Below, piece by piece: positions 35,327 through 43,836 of a stretch of DNA of 51,182 nucleotides. Source of the DNA: a virus. Its lineage: Duplodnaviria; Caudoviricetes. Every line of letters begins with the position of its first letter. The stretch's first letter is position 1. The translations under genes were made by a program, and so were the position numbers. The stretch lies in the IMG/VR virus record IMGVR_UViG_3300020045_011216, positions 1 through 51,182 of that record. One strand, 5' to 3'. A model generated the notes under the pieces. It made no database searches. It saw nothing but the letters and a program-made list of their open reading frames with translations, and had not been told where the DNA came from.

Positions 35327-37111
35327 TTAGATCGTCACCTCAGAGCATGACACTAGGGTGGGAACGACACCTGAGTATATAAGAGGTCTTAGTGCAGACC
35401 CTTCAACTGCATTTACGCAATTAGTCAAAGTCCACGCAACGTTACCATTGTGAAGGAAAGCATTTTTGCGGCCAGAGCCTTCATCAAGATAGACAAAGAT
35501 AGAGCGATTAAATCCTTCTGCAGTGCTTGCGCGCTGAAAGTTTGTACATAGACTATTACTTACAACTAAAAGGTCTCGAATTTGCCACGCCTCTGTTCCT
35601 GCAGCAGACGATGCGTCCTGAATAATAGCTTGGGCATTTGCCGGGGTGCCGTCAGTGTAGTTAATGAGGCTTGCATCATGTTCAACAACACCTCGAAGAA
35701 TCTGAAAGTTACCAGCACCCATCCCGAACTGAAAGGCATCGCAATGGTTCCCACTATAGGTTGCAGTAGGTTTGTGGTGAATTGCAAAATCGTTCAAGGA
35801 CCAGTTCGTCGCCGGGACAGCAGCGGATGCCCAGAAGGCGTCTGTACCAGAGTCTCGAATGGCAAACCGCCGAAGCTTATGTGATCCGTTCGATGATGGT
35901 CCTTCTAGTCTGATTCCACAACCACCCGCCTCTGTAGTCCCGGCCGTATCTTGTTTGCATGATTCGATAAGGAAGTCTGAAACATCCCATGCACCTCCTG
36001 TTTGTGCTACTATGCCTCCATAAGGCCAACCCTTAAGATAGATGCCGCGAATCTTAACCCGAGAGGCACTTGCGGTTCCAGTGATACCCTTTCCAGAAGT
36101 ACCTGTAATAACTGATGCGTTTACGGCGTATCCATTAGCGATAACGTGGAAGTATTTAGAGTCAATATCATCTTGAGTAACCCAACGCCCTTCTAATGCA
36201 AGAAGAAACGGGTTAGGTTGATCACATATTTCGTTGAACGTAGCGCGGTCGTACACCGTCATCGACGTAAATACCGAGTTGGCTGAAATTCCATTACCTG
36301 TCGGCGTTGTCGAAAAGTCGATTTCTAACTTAGCTCCTGCATTGATCCAGTAATGAAAGTTTGATACAAGGGATGTCGGGATAGATCGTTTTGCAGCTGA
36401 CGGAGATGATCCTGAATTGGCGTCATTACCAGCAACAGAGTCAACCCACTGCTGTTGAATTCGAGTCCAGGTGCAAGTGTTATCTACAATTGATGTATTA
36501 TTGGCCGTTGGACCTGATCCAGATGATGCAGATGTTCCAGGAACAGTACACGCATACATCTGTCCTACATTTGTTACAAGCTTTCCATACGGGTATACCG
36601 TGTTAATCTTCCACGCATCAGGGTCAGTCCGCAGATGTCTCCAGGTAACAGTACCATCAGCGATGATAGACAGCGTAGTCGATGGACCACCAGTCGAGGC
36701 AGAAGTGCCTCCGATGTCTGCAACATATATGCGTCCTAGATTGGAGCGTACTGAGCCTGTCGCATACACAGTCGATGCAACCCAAGGAAGTACAGGGAAG
36801 GGGTCGACTCCGTCAGAGAAGGTTGTGCCTGAACCGAAGCCAGAGATCATCTTCTGAAGCGGGAGTGCGCGGCGAACCATAGACCATGGACCGTCACCAG
36901 AAACTAATGTTTTTACTTCAACACCCTCAGAAGTCTTGGTTACAATTGTTGGCGCACCTGTCGCCGGGTCAGAGGTAATACTAGCTTTGCTTAAAGCAGC
37001 AACACCGCCACTCGCAGTAACAATCTCCGTCGGATTCCCATCATTGTCTACCGAAATCCCCGCATGCAGCGGAGCCGTAATTACATAACCTTGCTTTGGA
37101 TCGTAAGCCAT
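35327..37111 (-). CDS. Tailspike/depolymerase-like protein: MAYDP module, two carbohydrate-binding-like repeats, beta-helix
   Basis: Repeats 'W...T.Y..G....N.G..Y.....GTSAS..GP......I.D.T.TW'; 'WVDSVAGNDANSGSSP' beta-helix start. Confidence 0.65.
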   Translation of the reverse strand: MAYDPKQGYVITAPLHAGISVDNDGNPTEIVTASGGVAALSKASITSDPATGAPTIVTKTSEGVEVKTLVSGDGPWSMVRRALPLQKMISGFGSGTTFSDGVDPFPVLPWVASTVYATGSVRSNLGRIYVADIGGTSASTGGPSTTLSIIADGTVTWRHLRTDPDAWKINTVYPYGKLVTNVGQMYACTVPGTSASSGSGPTANNTSIVDNTCTWTRIQQQWVDSVAGNDANSGSSPSAAKRSIPTSLVSNFHYWINAGAKLEIDFSTTPTGNGISANSVFTSMTVYDRATFNEICDQPNPFLLALEGRWVTQDDIDSKYFHVIANGYAVNASVITGTSGKGITGTASASRVKIRGIYLKGWPYGGIVAQTGGAWDVSDFLIESCKQDTAGTTEAGGCGIRLEGPSSNGSHKLRRFAIRDSGTDAFWASAAVPATNWSLNDFAIHHKPTATYSGNHCDAFQFGMGAGNFQILRGVVEHDASLINYTDGTPANAQAIIQDASSAAGTEAWQIRDLLVVSNSLCTNFQRASTAEGFNRSIFVYLDEGSGRKNAFLHNGNVAWTLTNCVNAVEGSALRPLIYSGVVPTLVSCSEVTI

Positions 37112-37132
37112 TTAGAATTCTAGTCCTTTAAA
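37095..37132. repeat. 38-bp direct repeat, copy 2
   Basis: Identical to 12973-13010. Confidence 0.9.
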
Positions 37133-37143
37133 GATACACTATT

Positions 37144-38316
37144 TTAAGCCAGGGCAACCCCGGAGGCAGACACGATACAGGAATGTCCTCCAGAAACAAG
37201 AGAAGCGTTAGACCCGTCGACAATCATAGTTGTACCACCTTTTTTAGCTTCGATCTTCCCAGCGTCTACTGTGACCGTATTGCCGGAAAACGTAGTTACT
37301 ACACTGCCAGAACTCATGTTCACATGCCCGTCTTGAAAGTTGGCTCGGAGACCTTGCGGGTCGAGAATAAGTTCTGCCCCGTCTGAGCGAATAGCTTGGA
37401 TGAAGTCTTTCTTTACCGTAATCGTATTCTGGTCAGCATAGCTAAAAGTTAGAACTCCGCCTGTCGCCTTCATTCGTGTAAAAATAGGCGGATCACCGTC
37501 CGGTGTCACGACCTTAATCCAAACCTCTTCGTCTCCGCTCAGCTCCACTGTTCTACGCATAATCTCAGCCTGAGCCTCGTTCAAGACTTGTTCTTTAAAA
37601 ATGACTGGCGTAACTGCAGGAAGAGTTCCTTCGAAGCTTACGTAGTTTGTCTTTACAGCCTCTGCAGCAACAACATCTCCGAAGTACTGGTTGTACTTGT
37701 AGATTTCATTCTTGGCTTCGACGAAGTCTTTACTGTAGCCAACATAGCGGTAAACTCTTCCTTTGAAGTTCTTAACCACGTCTGAAGATGTGTCAGTGAA
37801 GTGCTCGAAATTCCGGCTGACAATACGTACCAGGTTCTGATATTTGCTTAGTAGAATCTCTGAAGTCCTAGAAGAACGAAGCAGCACAGTGCCACCTCTT
37901 AGCAGCCCCAGCAAAGCTCCACCAATGCTAGAGATAAGCCTGTCCCCGCCTACACTATCCTTAGGCTTGTTCTGGTCTGGTACGGCAAGGTTGGCGCCTG
38001 AGTAGCTACCAAGGTCTATGGCAACCTCGCCGTTAGCTAGGCTTAGAGGCGTAGCGCCGTCGCTTGTCTGAAGGCGAGGAAAGAATCCTACGATTACAGG
38101 ACTTCCCAGTCCATGTTCAATCATGACTCTGTCGCCCATGTGTGGGGAGATTCTGTCAGAGCCTCTTGTAGATCCTCCAAACGGAGTCAGCCAGCGGACT
38201 TGATGCAAGACTTGACCACGCAGGGTTCTGACTTTGCAAAGACAGTGCTGGTGGTCTACTTGGAGGATCGTGGCTTCGTCTACGTTGCGGCTGGGAGGGG
38301 AGGATTGGAGGAGCAT
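37144..38316 (-). CDS. Baseplate central spike (gpV/gp5-like)
   Basis: N-terminal OB-fold pattern 'PHMGDRVMIE...PVIVGF' and C-terminal short beta-strand repeats. Confidence 0.65.
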   Translation of the reverse strand: MLLQSSPPSRNVDEATILQVDHQHCLCKVRTLRGQVLHQVRWLTPFGGSTRGSDRISPHMGDRVMIEHGLGSPVIVGFFPRLQTSDGATPLSLANGEVAIDLGSYSGANLAVPDQNKPKDSVGGDRLISSIGGALLGLLRGGTVLLRSSRTSEILLSKYQNLVRIVSRNFEHFTDTSSDVVKNFKGRVYRYVGYSKDFVEAKNEIYKYNQYFGDVVAAEAVKTNYVSFEGTLPAVTPVIFKEQVLNEAQAEIMRRTVELSGDEEVWIKVVTPDGDPPIFTRMKATGGVLTFSYADQNTITVKKDFIQAIRSDGAELILDPQGLRANFQDGHVNMSSGSVVTTFSGNTVTVDAGKIEAKKGGTTMIVDGSNASLVSGGHSCIVSASGVALA

Positions 38317-38337
38317 ATCCTCCCTATTTTAGCGGAG

Positions 38338-39747
38338 TTATCTCTTTATCGACGAGCCGTCTGCAAACGTAAGTTTCACTGCACCGTCGTAGTAGACTTC
38401 GCAATCTTTTATAGTTTTACCCACAAAATCAGTTGCCGCATGAGATAAGAACTGTTGCTTGATAGAACTTGTCGATAGTGGAGGCGTACCCAAAAGATCC
38501 TCGTAGATATAATAGAAGTGAGACTGCATACCCATTGATGCACTTACAGCTAAGTGTCTCCACATTTTGACTGCTTGCTCTAAGTCAGACTTAACGTCGA
38601 AGTATCCTACGCTAGGGCTTGATCCTCCGGGAATCCAACCTTGCTCACTTACGAATAAAGGAATACTCGGTGACATCCCTGAAGATGTGCATTGAACTCT
38701 TAAGTCTGACAGCCAACTGAACAGTCCAATATCCCCGCTATCATTAGGGTTTAGCGTAGTATTATAGGGGTGGCATCCTACGATATCCTGCCAATCCCTT
38801 CCGAATCCGGATGCGCCATCACTTGCGGAGCAGTACGGCGAGATTGTCGACTTTAAGTCGAAAGCAGGGGATGCTACCACAATGTTAGGATTGAATGCCT
38901 TGACTTCCTGGTAAATAGCCCGTTGAAGTTGTGCAAGTTCAGAGGGTGTGCCCCAGTAAAAACTGGAATGCTTCACCATTGTATGAACTCCGGTACCTGC
39001 ACCCGTAATATCTACGTCTGCGCCTCCTGATGTTAAAGATACGGTCGTACTATTACTAGATGTTTTTAGATAATAAAAAGTATTAGGGTTAAGTCCGGCA
39101 GGCAAAGTTCCTGTAGTTGTAAAAAATACTTTGGAATTTGTAGAATATAGAGAACTTACTGGAAAAGTTATCTGATTTGTCGAGGCATTTGCAGTAAATT
39201 CTAACTGAGAAAATCGAGGCTCATTCCACCCTTCGATCATGTCTACTTGAATACCGTTTACTAAATGTCGATTTAAAACTGCTTGGACGAAAAGTCTTAC
39301 CTTAGTTAGATCAGTCGGGTTTGCACACCCAGCAGCGATATTATATACGTCAAGAACTTGATACTGAGCGCCGGCAAGCCAAGAAGGACATCCGAAGATA
39401 TTATATAGTATCTTTGCACCTCTTGCATTGTGAGCCACCATAGCCTCATCAAACTTACTCCACGCAACAGACGCGGACGCATACATGTCCTCTATAGTAG
39501 ACACATTAGTCGGATTTAAAGCAGACCACTTTATTCCGCCATTGAATAATGGGCCGTAGTCATGAAGTCTTGCGTATCCGTAAGGAAAATTAGGAGTAGG
39601 AGAGGCTACTCCACTACGCGAAACCGGCCAACCCTTGAAGTGCATGCCTAAAAATGAACTTGGCACACTCACATTACCAGAAGACAGCACGCTATACGCT
39701 ACTGTGCTGTCGCTCCCTATATTGCTGTAAGTTCTGGCGATGTGCAT
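38338..39747 (-). CDS. Clan GH-A glycoside hydrolase-like virion protein with an inserted beta domain
   Basis: 'EGWNEP' acid/base and 'LFVSEQG' nucleophile motifs; insertion 'TGTLPAGLNPNTFYY'. Confidence 0.7.
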   Translation of the reverse strand: MHIARTYSNIGSDSTVAYSVLSSGNVSVPSSFLGMHFKGWPVSRSGVASPTPNFPYGYARLHDYGPLFNGGIKWSALNPTNVSTIEDMYASASVAWSKFDEAMVAHNARGAKILYNIFGCPSWLAGAQYQVLDVYNIAAGCANPTDLTKVRLFVQAVLNRHLVNGIQVDMIEGWNEPRFSQLEFTANASTNQITFPVSSLYSTNSKVFFTTTGTLPAGLNPNTFYYLKTSSNSTTVSLTSGGADVDITGAGTGVHTMVKHSSFYWGTPSELAQLQRAIYQEVKAFNPNIVVASPAFDLKSTISPYCSASDGASGFGRDWQDIVGCHPYNTTLNPNDSGDIGLFSWLSDLRVQCTSSGMSPSIPLFVSEQGWIPGGSSPSVGYFDVKSDLEQAVKMWRHLAVSASMGMQSHFYYIYEDLLGTPPLSTSSIKQQFLSHAATDFVGKTIKDCEVYYDGAVKLTFADGSSIKR

Positions 39748-39748
39748 A

Positions 39749-40939
39749 TTAGATTGCAATTCTTAGGAAGCCGTCTCCACCACTTCCGCCATTTTGAGTC
39801 TTTCCGCCGCCACCACCGCCACCGCCGAAAGAGTCTGCAAATCCAGATACACCAGCTGAAGGGGATCCCCCTCCCGCACCACCTGTACCGCCAGTACCTC
39901 CTGCAACGAATACTGGCACATTCCCTTGTCTACCCCAAGGTCCGCTTGCGCCACCGCCACCGGCACCAGATCCTGCGCCACCGTTGCCAGATTGTGATAC
40001 GACTACTCCACCATTACCTCCTAAAGTAGACGTTCCATTACCCGCTCCAGCGCCACCAGATCCACCTGTATAGATACAAGTTGGAGTAATAATCTGCGCT
40101 CCAAACACATCAGAGCTGTTAGGCTTACCCGCTCCGCCGTTTACGTTTGCACCTCCTCCTGCGCCTCCAGAAAGAGCAAAGTTGGCAGCAACTCCACCTG
40201 CACCTCCAGTGCCTGCTGCAGTCGCTACACCACCTCCTACTCCATTGTTTAGTCGCAAGAGATAGGAGCCTGATTGACTCCCAATCTTAATGTAAGACTC
40301 CGTACCGCTCGTACCTGCCAAGCTGTTACCTGCAGCATTACCTGCACTACCAGCACCCCCAGCGCCAATCTGAAGATAAATATTTGAATTACCAGGAGGT
40401 ACAAATACGGGCAGCTGGCAACAACCTCTTGCGCCTCCGCCACCACCTCCACCAGTATCCGTAGAGCCTCCACTTCCGCCGCCACCTCCGCCGGAGCCGT
40501 CTACATAAATATAACCTCCTCTGGCAACGATTCCTGCTGGCATTGCAAGGGTAGTTTGTAGAAGTACTCCTGCTGAAGAGGTTGTAAAAGTGTTAAAAGT
40601 AAAGGCTGTTCCGATCACTGTAGTGCTTCCTGCGTTAATTGCGATAACGTTACCGCTTAGATCAAGTTCTGTAGAGAGTTGAGGAATAAGTCTATTTCCA
40701 TCACTCCGATACTGAGTATAGGGATATACGTTTAACTGGTAAATAGAACTTGTAGAACTGAGAATTTCAGGGGTAGGTGATAAAATCTGAGCGCTTGTAA
40801 GTAAATTTACAGTAGATAGGGCCGTAGTTCCTCCGTGTTCGCTGTTAATACCGGAGATGCTGCCGGCATCGTCTACTATGAAGTTCATATGCATGGGCGC
40901 AGTTACCACGTAGCCCTTTGAATTCGGATCGTATGCCAT
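39749..40939 (-). CDS. Glycine-rich fibre protein with MAYDP module
   Basis: GGGGG-rich domain ending 'GSGGDGFLRI'. Confidence 0.7.
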   Translation of the reverse strand: MAYDPNSKGYVVTAPMHMNFIVDDAGSISGINSEHGGTTALSTVNLLTSAQILSPTPEILSSTSSIYQLNVYPYTQYRSDGNRLIPQLSTELDLSGNVIAINAGSTTVIGTAFTFNTFTTSSAGVLLQTTLAMPAGIVARGGYIYVDGSGGGGGGSGGSTDTGGGGGGGARGCCQLPVFVPPGNSNIYLQIGAGGAGSAGNAAGNSLAGTSGTESYIKIGSQSGSYLLRLNNGVGGGVATAAGTGGAGGVAANFALSGGAGGGANVNGGAGKPNSSDVFGAQIITPTCIYTGGSGGAGAGNGTSTLGGNGGVVVSQSGNGGAGSGAGGGGASGPWGRQGNVPVFVAGGTGGTGGAGGGSPSAGVSGFADSFGGGGGGGGKTQNGGSGGDGFLRIAI

Positions 40940-40983
40940 TCTTTGTTTAGTCCTGTTAGAATCCTATTTTAATTCCGGATGGA

Positions 40984-41006
40984 GAAAAGCCGGCGCTTGG
41001 CCGGCT
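40984..41006 (-). terminator. Intrinsic terminator
   Basis: AGCCGGC-gcttg-GCCGGCT with an A-tract on its left. Confidence 0.6.
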
Positions 41007-41032
41007 AGGTTTAAAGATGTGTATTCTTGTTT

Positions 41033-42646
41033 CTAAGTAGAAGTTGATATCATAGACACATCGAATGCACCGATAGATGGGGGATTGGGACGTTGCTTGC
41101 CATCATAGTCCCGACGGTATCCTAGATGAACACCAGCGCCTAATAATGGTGAGTTGAGCTTAGGATGGAAGGTGGAATCTAGTTGAGGGTCGGCTACGGT
41201 CCAGTCTGAAGTAGCGATAGCACCGCCTGCATACTGTTGACGAGCGTTCTCGGTAAAACCATTCTGTAGGTTAGTGTCGATTGTGCCTGACCATGTCGTA
41301 GGCGCTTCCGCGAGGTATACCGCTGCGGTGTTGGACAAAGCGCCTACGTTATTGAACACGTTATTGCGCACACTAACATCAACGTGATACTCTGGGGCTT
41401 TGTTGTGTGCATACATTCTCCACCCAAGGAAGTCGGTACCTGGGCCGAACTGCTGAGGTACGTCATATCCGACGATGCACGTGTTATTGTGGAACGTGTG
41501 ATTCATGGTCCCGTTGTTTTGCTCATCTGTGACGCTCATGGCCGCGTGGCAGCCATACACAAGATTTGAGTGCCACCGGGACGTTCTGCCACTATTGTCT
41601 TGCAGGGCGACCGTGCAGTTCCACACAGTGTTTGCATATACGTCCAAATTATCAGATCCGGTCTCAGCGTAGATAGCAGAACCGTCAGAGGTCTTATCTC
41701 GCGTACCGTAGTGAATCGTATGTAATCTATTATGGAACACTTGAGGCTTAAAACCTGGGGATCGTGCCTGCAAATAGATGCCGCCTTGAGAATAGGTCTT
41801 TACCCCGTCATAGATCAAATTGTCGTGAATCTCAAGTTGCTTGAAGCCTAGGCCGTCTGGAGTAAAGGCAGTTATGCCCGTCGAGCCAAACTGGCTTATC
41901 TCGCAGTTACGAACGAACATCCGAAGAGTGCCGGCAGTCTCACCCATTCCAGTGATTGGATTACTGACGTAAGATGCACGTATATTATCGACGATAAGCC
42001 CTGTAGGGTTTACGTTGTTAGAATAGCCCTTGATGCAAGTGCCCGCTTCACTGAATTCCCAACCAGTAACTTTTACCCAACCCCGAGCACTGCTGACTGT
42101 CAGAATAGGGGAGTCGGTTCCTAGTCGCACCTTTCCGTAGTAGGCTGTCGGATTAGTGGTCGAAGGAGCGTACAGGTAGAAGTTGTTGCCCGAGTTATGG
42201 TAACGTCCGTCCACAGACGCTAGAGGAAGACCGATGTCAATTCGAGAAGCTTCCCACGTGTCCGCAATTCTTACGTAGCACAGGTTTCCAACGGCGGCAG
42301 GCGCTGTGTATATCCACCCGTTGTTAGGCGCGCTATACGTCCAGGCGTTTTCTGGGATGTCTATGTACCGCTGGAATAAGGGGCGACTCGCCGTCTGACC
42401 CGCAGGAGTGTAGGTTGAGAGTACTACGGGACGCGACTGAGACCCAGTCCACGTTGCCGGGGGCACGATACGCCAAGAGTCAGCCAAGTCAAACGTCCAC
42501 ACAGAATCGTCGGCAAACAGAAAGTAGGTGTCCGGTGGGGCGGACGCAACAGCGTTTAGCTTGTTAGGTGTCTTCCAAGCGGTAGCTGGCGTGAGACCAT
42601 CGTTGGTATCGAGTCCACGGTTGTTGTCTACGTAATACGTAGCCAT
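41033..42646 (-). CDS. Right-handed beta-helix (pectin lyase-like) depolymerase
   Basis: 'TYYVDNNRGLDTNDGLTPATAWKT', Asn-ladder repeats, C-terminal 'SPLLGAG...DYDGKQR...SIGAFD'. Confidence 0.75.
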   Translation of the reverse strand: MATYYVDNNRGLDTNDGLTPATAWKTPNKLNAVASAPPDTYFLFADDSVWTFDLADSWRIVPPATWTGSQSRPVVLSTYTPAGQTASRPLFQRYIDIPENAWTYSAPNNGWIYTAPAAVGNLCYVRIADTWEASRIDIGLPLASVDGRYHNSGNNFYLYAPSTTNPTAYYGKVRLGTDSPILTVSSARGWVKVTGWEFSEAGTCIKGYSNNVNPTGLIVDNIRASYVSNPITGMGETAGTLRMFVRNCEISQFGSTGITAFTPDGLGFKQLEIHDNLIYDGVKTYSQGGIYLQARSPGFKPQVFHNRLHTIHYGTRDKTSDGSAIYAETGSDNLDVYANTVWNCTVALQDNSGRTSRWHSNLVYGCHAAMSVTDEQNNGTMNHTFHNNTCIVGYDVPQQFGPGTDFLGWRMYAHNKAPEYHVDVSVRNNVFNNVGALSNTAAVYLAEAPTTWSGTIDTNLQNGFTENARQQYAGGAIATSDWTVADPQLDSTFHPKLNSPLLGAGVHLGYRRDYDGKQRPNPPSIGAFDVSMISTST

Positions 42647-42649
42647 GAC

Positions 42650-43087
42650 TTAGCCCACCAACACGTTGACGGTCGCAGCACCTGACAGCACGACGTGACA
42701 GCCTAGACCTAGCGATCGCTTATACAGGAACTCGGTACGGCCTACAGTTAGTGCAGTAGTAGGCACGATTACTACGCCGGCAGCACTTGTGTTGTCATAG
42801 ATCGTGATGTTGCCAACAGCTACTGTGCAGTCAAAACCTGCTAGCTCACAAGGCCCTGTGAAGGCAGTACCCGTAGCGGTCATATTAACGTAAGGGGTTA
42901 CTTCTGCAAATGCCACTGCAACGCCTCCCACCGAAAGAGCCCCAGTAGTAACATTACGTTGTAGCATAGGCGTCTCGACCCCATACTCAGTAACAATCTT
43001 AGTAACCGCTCCAGTATTAAGATCAACTTCCATACCAGCTCTAACTGGTGCGCTAACTACGTAGCCTTGATTAGGATTGTATGCCAT
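42650..43087 (-). CDS. Small virion protein with MAYNP module
   Basis: N-terminus 'MAYNPNQGYVVSAP'. Confidence 0.65.
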   Translation of the reverse strand: MAYNPNQGYVVSAPVRAGMEVDLNTGAVTKIVTEYGVETPMLQRNVTTGALSVGGVAVAFAEVTPYVNMTATGTAFTGPCELAGFDCTVAVGNITIYDNTSAAGVVIVPTTALTVGRTEFLYKRSLGLGCHVVLSGAATVNVLVG

Positions 43088-43100
43088 TTCTTAGACTTGT

Positions 43101-43772
43101 TTAGTTTAGGGAAACCGGTAACGCCCGGTCAAACTCAACCGCAATACTTTCAACAATCACTGGTGAACTTGAAGCAATCTGGAACTGATAATTCGAGAAC
43201 ATGCAGTACTCAAGGTACAGTGCAGTCAAGGGTTTACCTTCACCAGATGCGCCGCCGCCACGAGTCTTGAACAGGAGCATCAGGCCGAACGGAACTGCGA
43301 AGTACTCGGAGTCCAGATTCATCATAATGTCTGCATTCGGACTTTCTGCACCAGGCTGACTAGAGGCAGCATAGGTCGGATGATATGCCTGCATCGTAAG
43401 AGCAGCCAGAATGTTCTTCTGATCCGCTAGCATCTTACCAAGTGTCAATCCATTTGCAGTCTTACCGCGAGTGAAGAATGAACGGTTAGAGCCGACTTCA
43501 AACAGACGTGCCAGCGAAGGATTAGTCGTGTATGAAATCTGGTCAGTAAGACCGATCGGAATCAGTGCAGAAGCGTCACCGGCAAGGCCTGTAAAGCGTG
43601 CAGGACCAGCAAAGAGCACGGTCGTGTCTGGTGTAGCTGAGAATTGAGAGAAGCGTTCTAAGCCGTCTTCCTTCAAAGCTGAAACGTAGTTGCTCTTCCA
43701 ATCCCAACCTGGTTGAAATGCCCCAGTTTCTGCTACGGGTAGTTGGTCGTCTGTGTTTGAGTCTAAAGCCAT
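43101..43772 (-). CDS. Tail tube protein (probable)
   Basis: 223 aa directly after the sheath; 'RLFEVGS...YLEYCMFSNYQFQI...VIVESIAVEFDR'. Confidence 0.7.
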   Translation of the reverse strand: MALDSNTDDQLPVAETGAFQPGWDWKSNYVSALKEDGLERFSQFSATPDTTVLFAGPARFTGLAGDASALIPIGLTDQISYTTNPSLARLFEVGSNRSFFTRGKTANGLTLGKMLADQKNILAALTMQAYHPTYAASSQPGAESPNADIMMNLDSEYFAVPFGLMLLFKTRGGGASGEGKPLTALYLEYCMFSNYQFQIASSSPVIVESIAVEFDRALPVSLN

Positions 43773-43836
43773 TTTGTTTAATTGGTTGTAGGGGCCAAGC
43801 CCCTGTTTTCGTTGAGACTAGTTTTCACGTTCCGCT

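Noticed and set aside
39760-40500. CCACC/CCGCC-rich repeats as a DNA repeat element (also 48550-49210)
   Set aside because: Explained by poly-Gly codons of the glycine-rich fibre proteins
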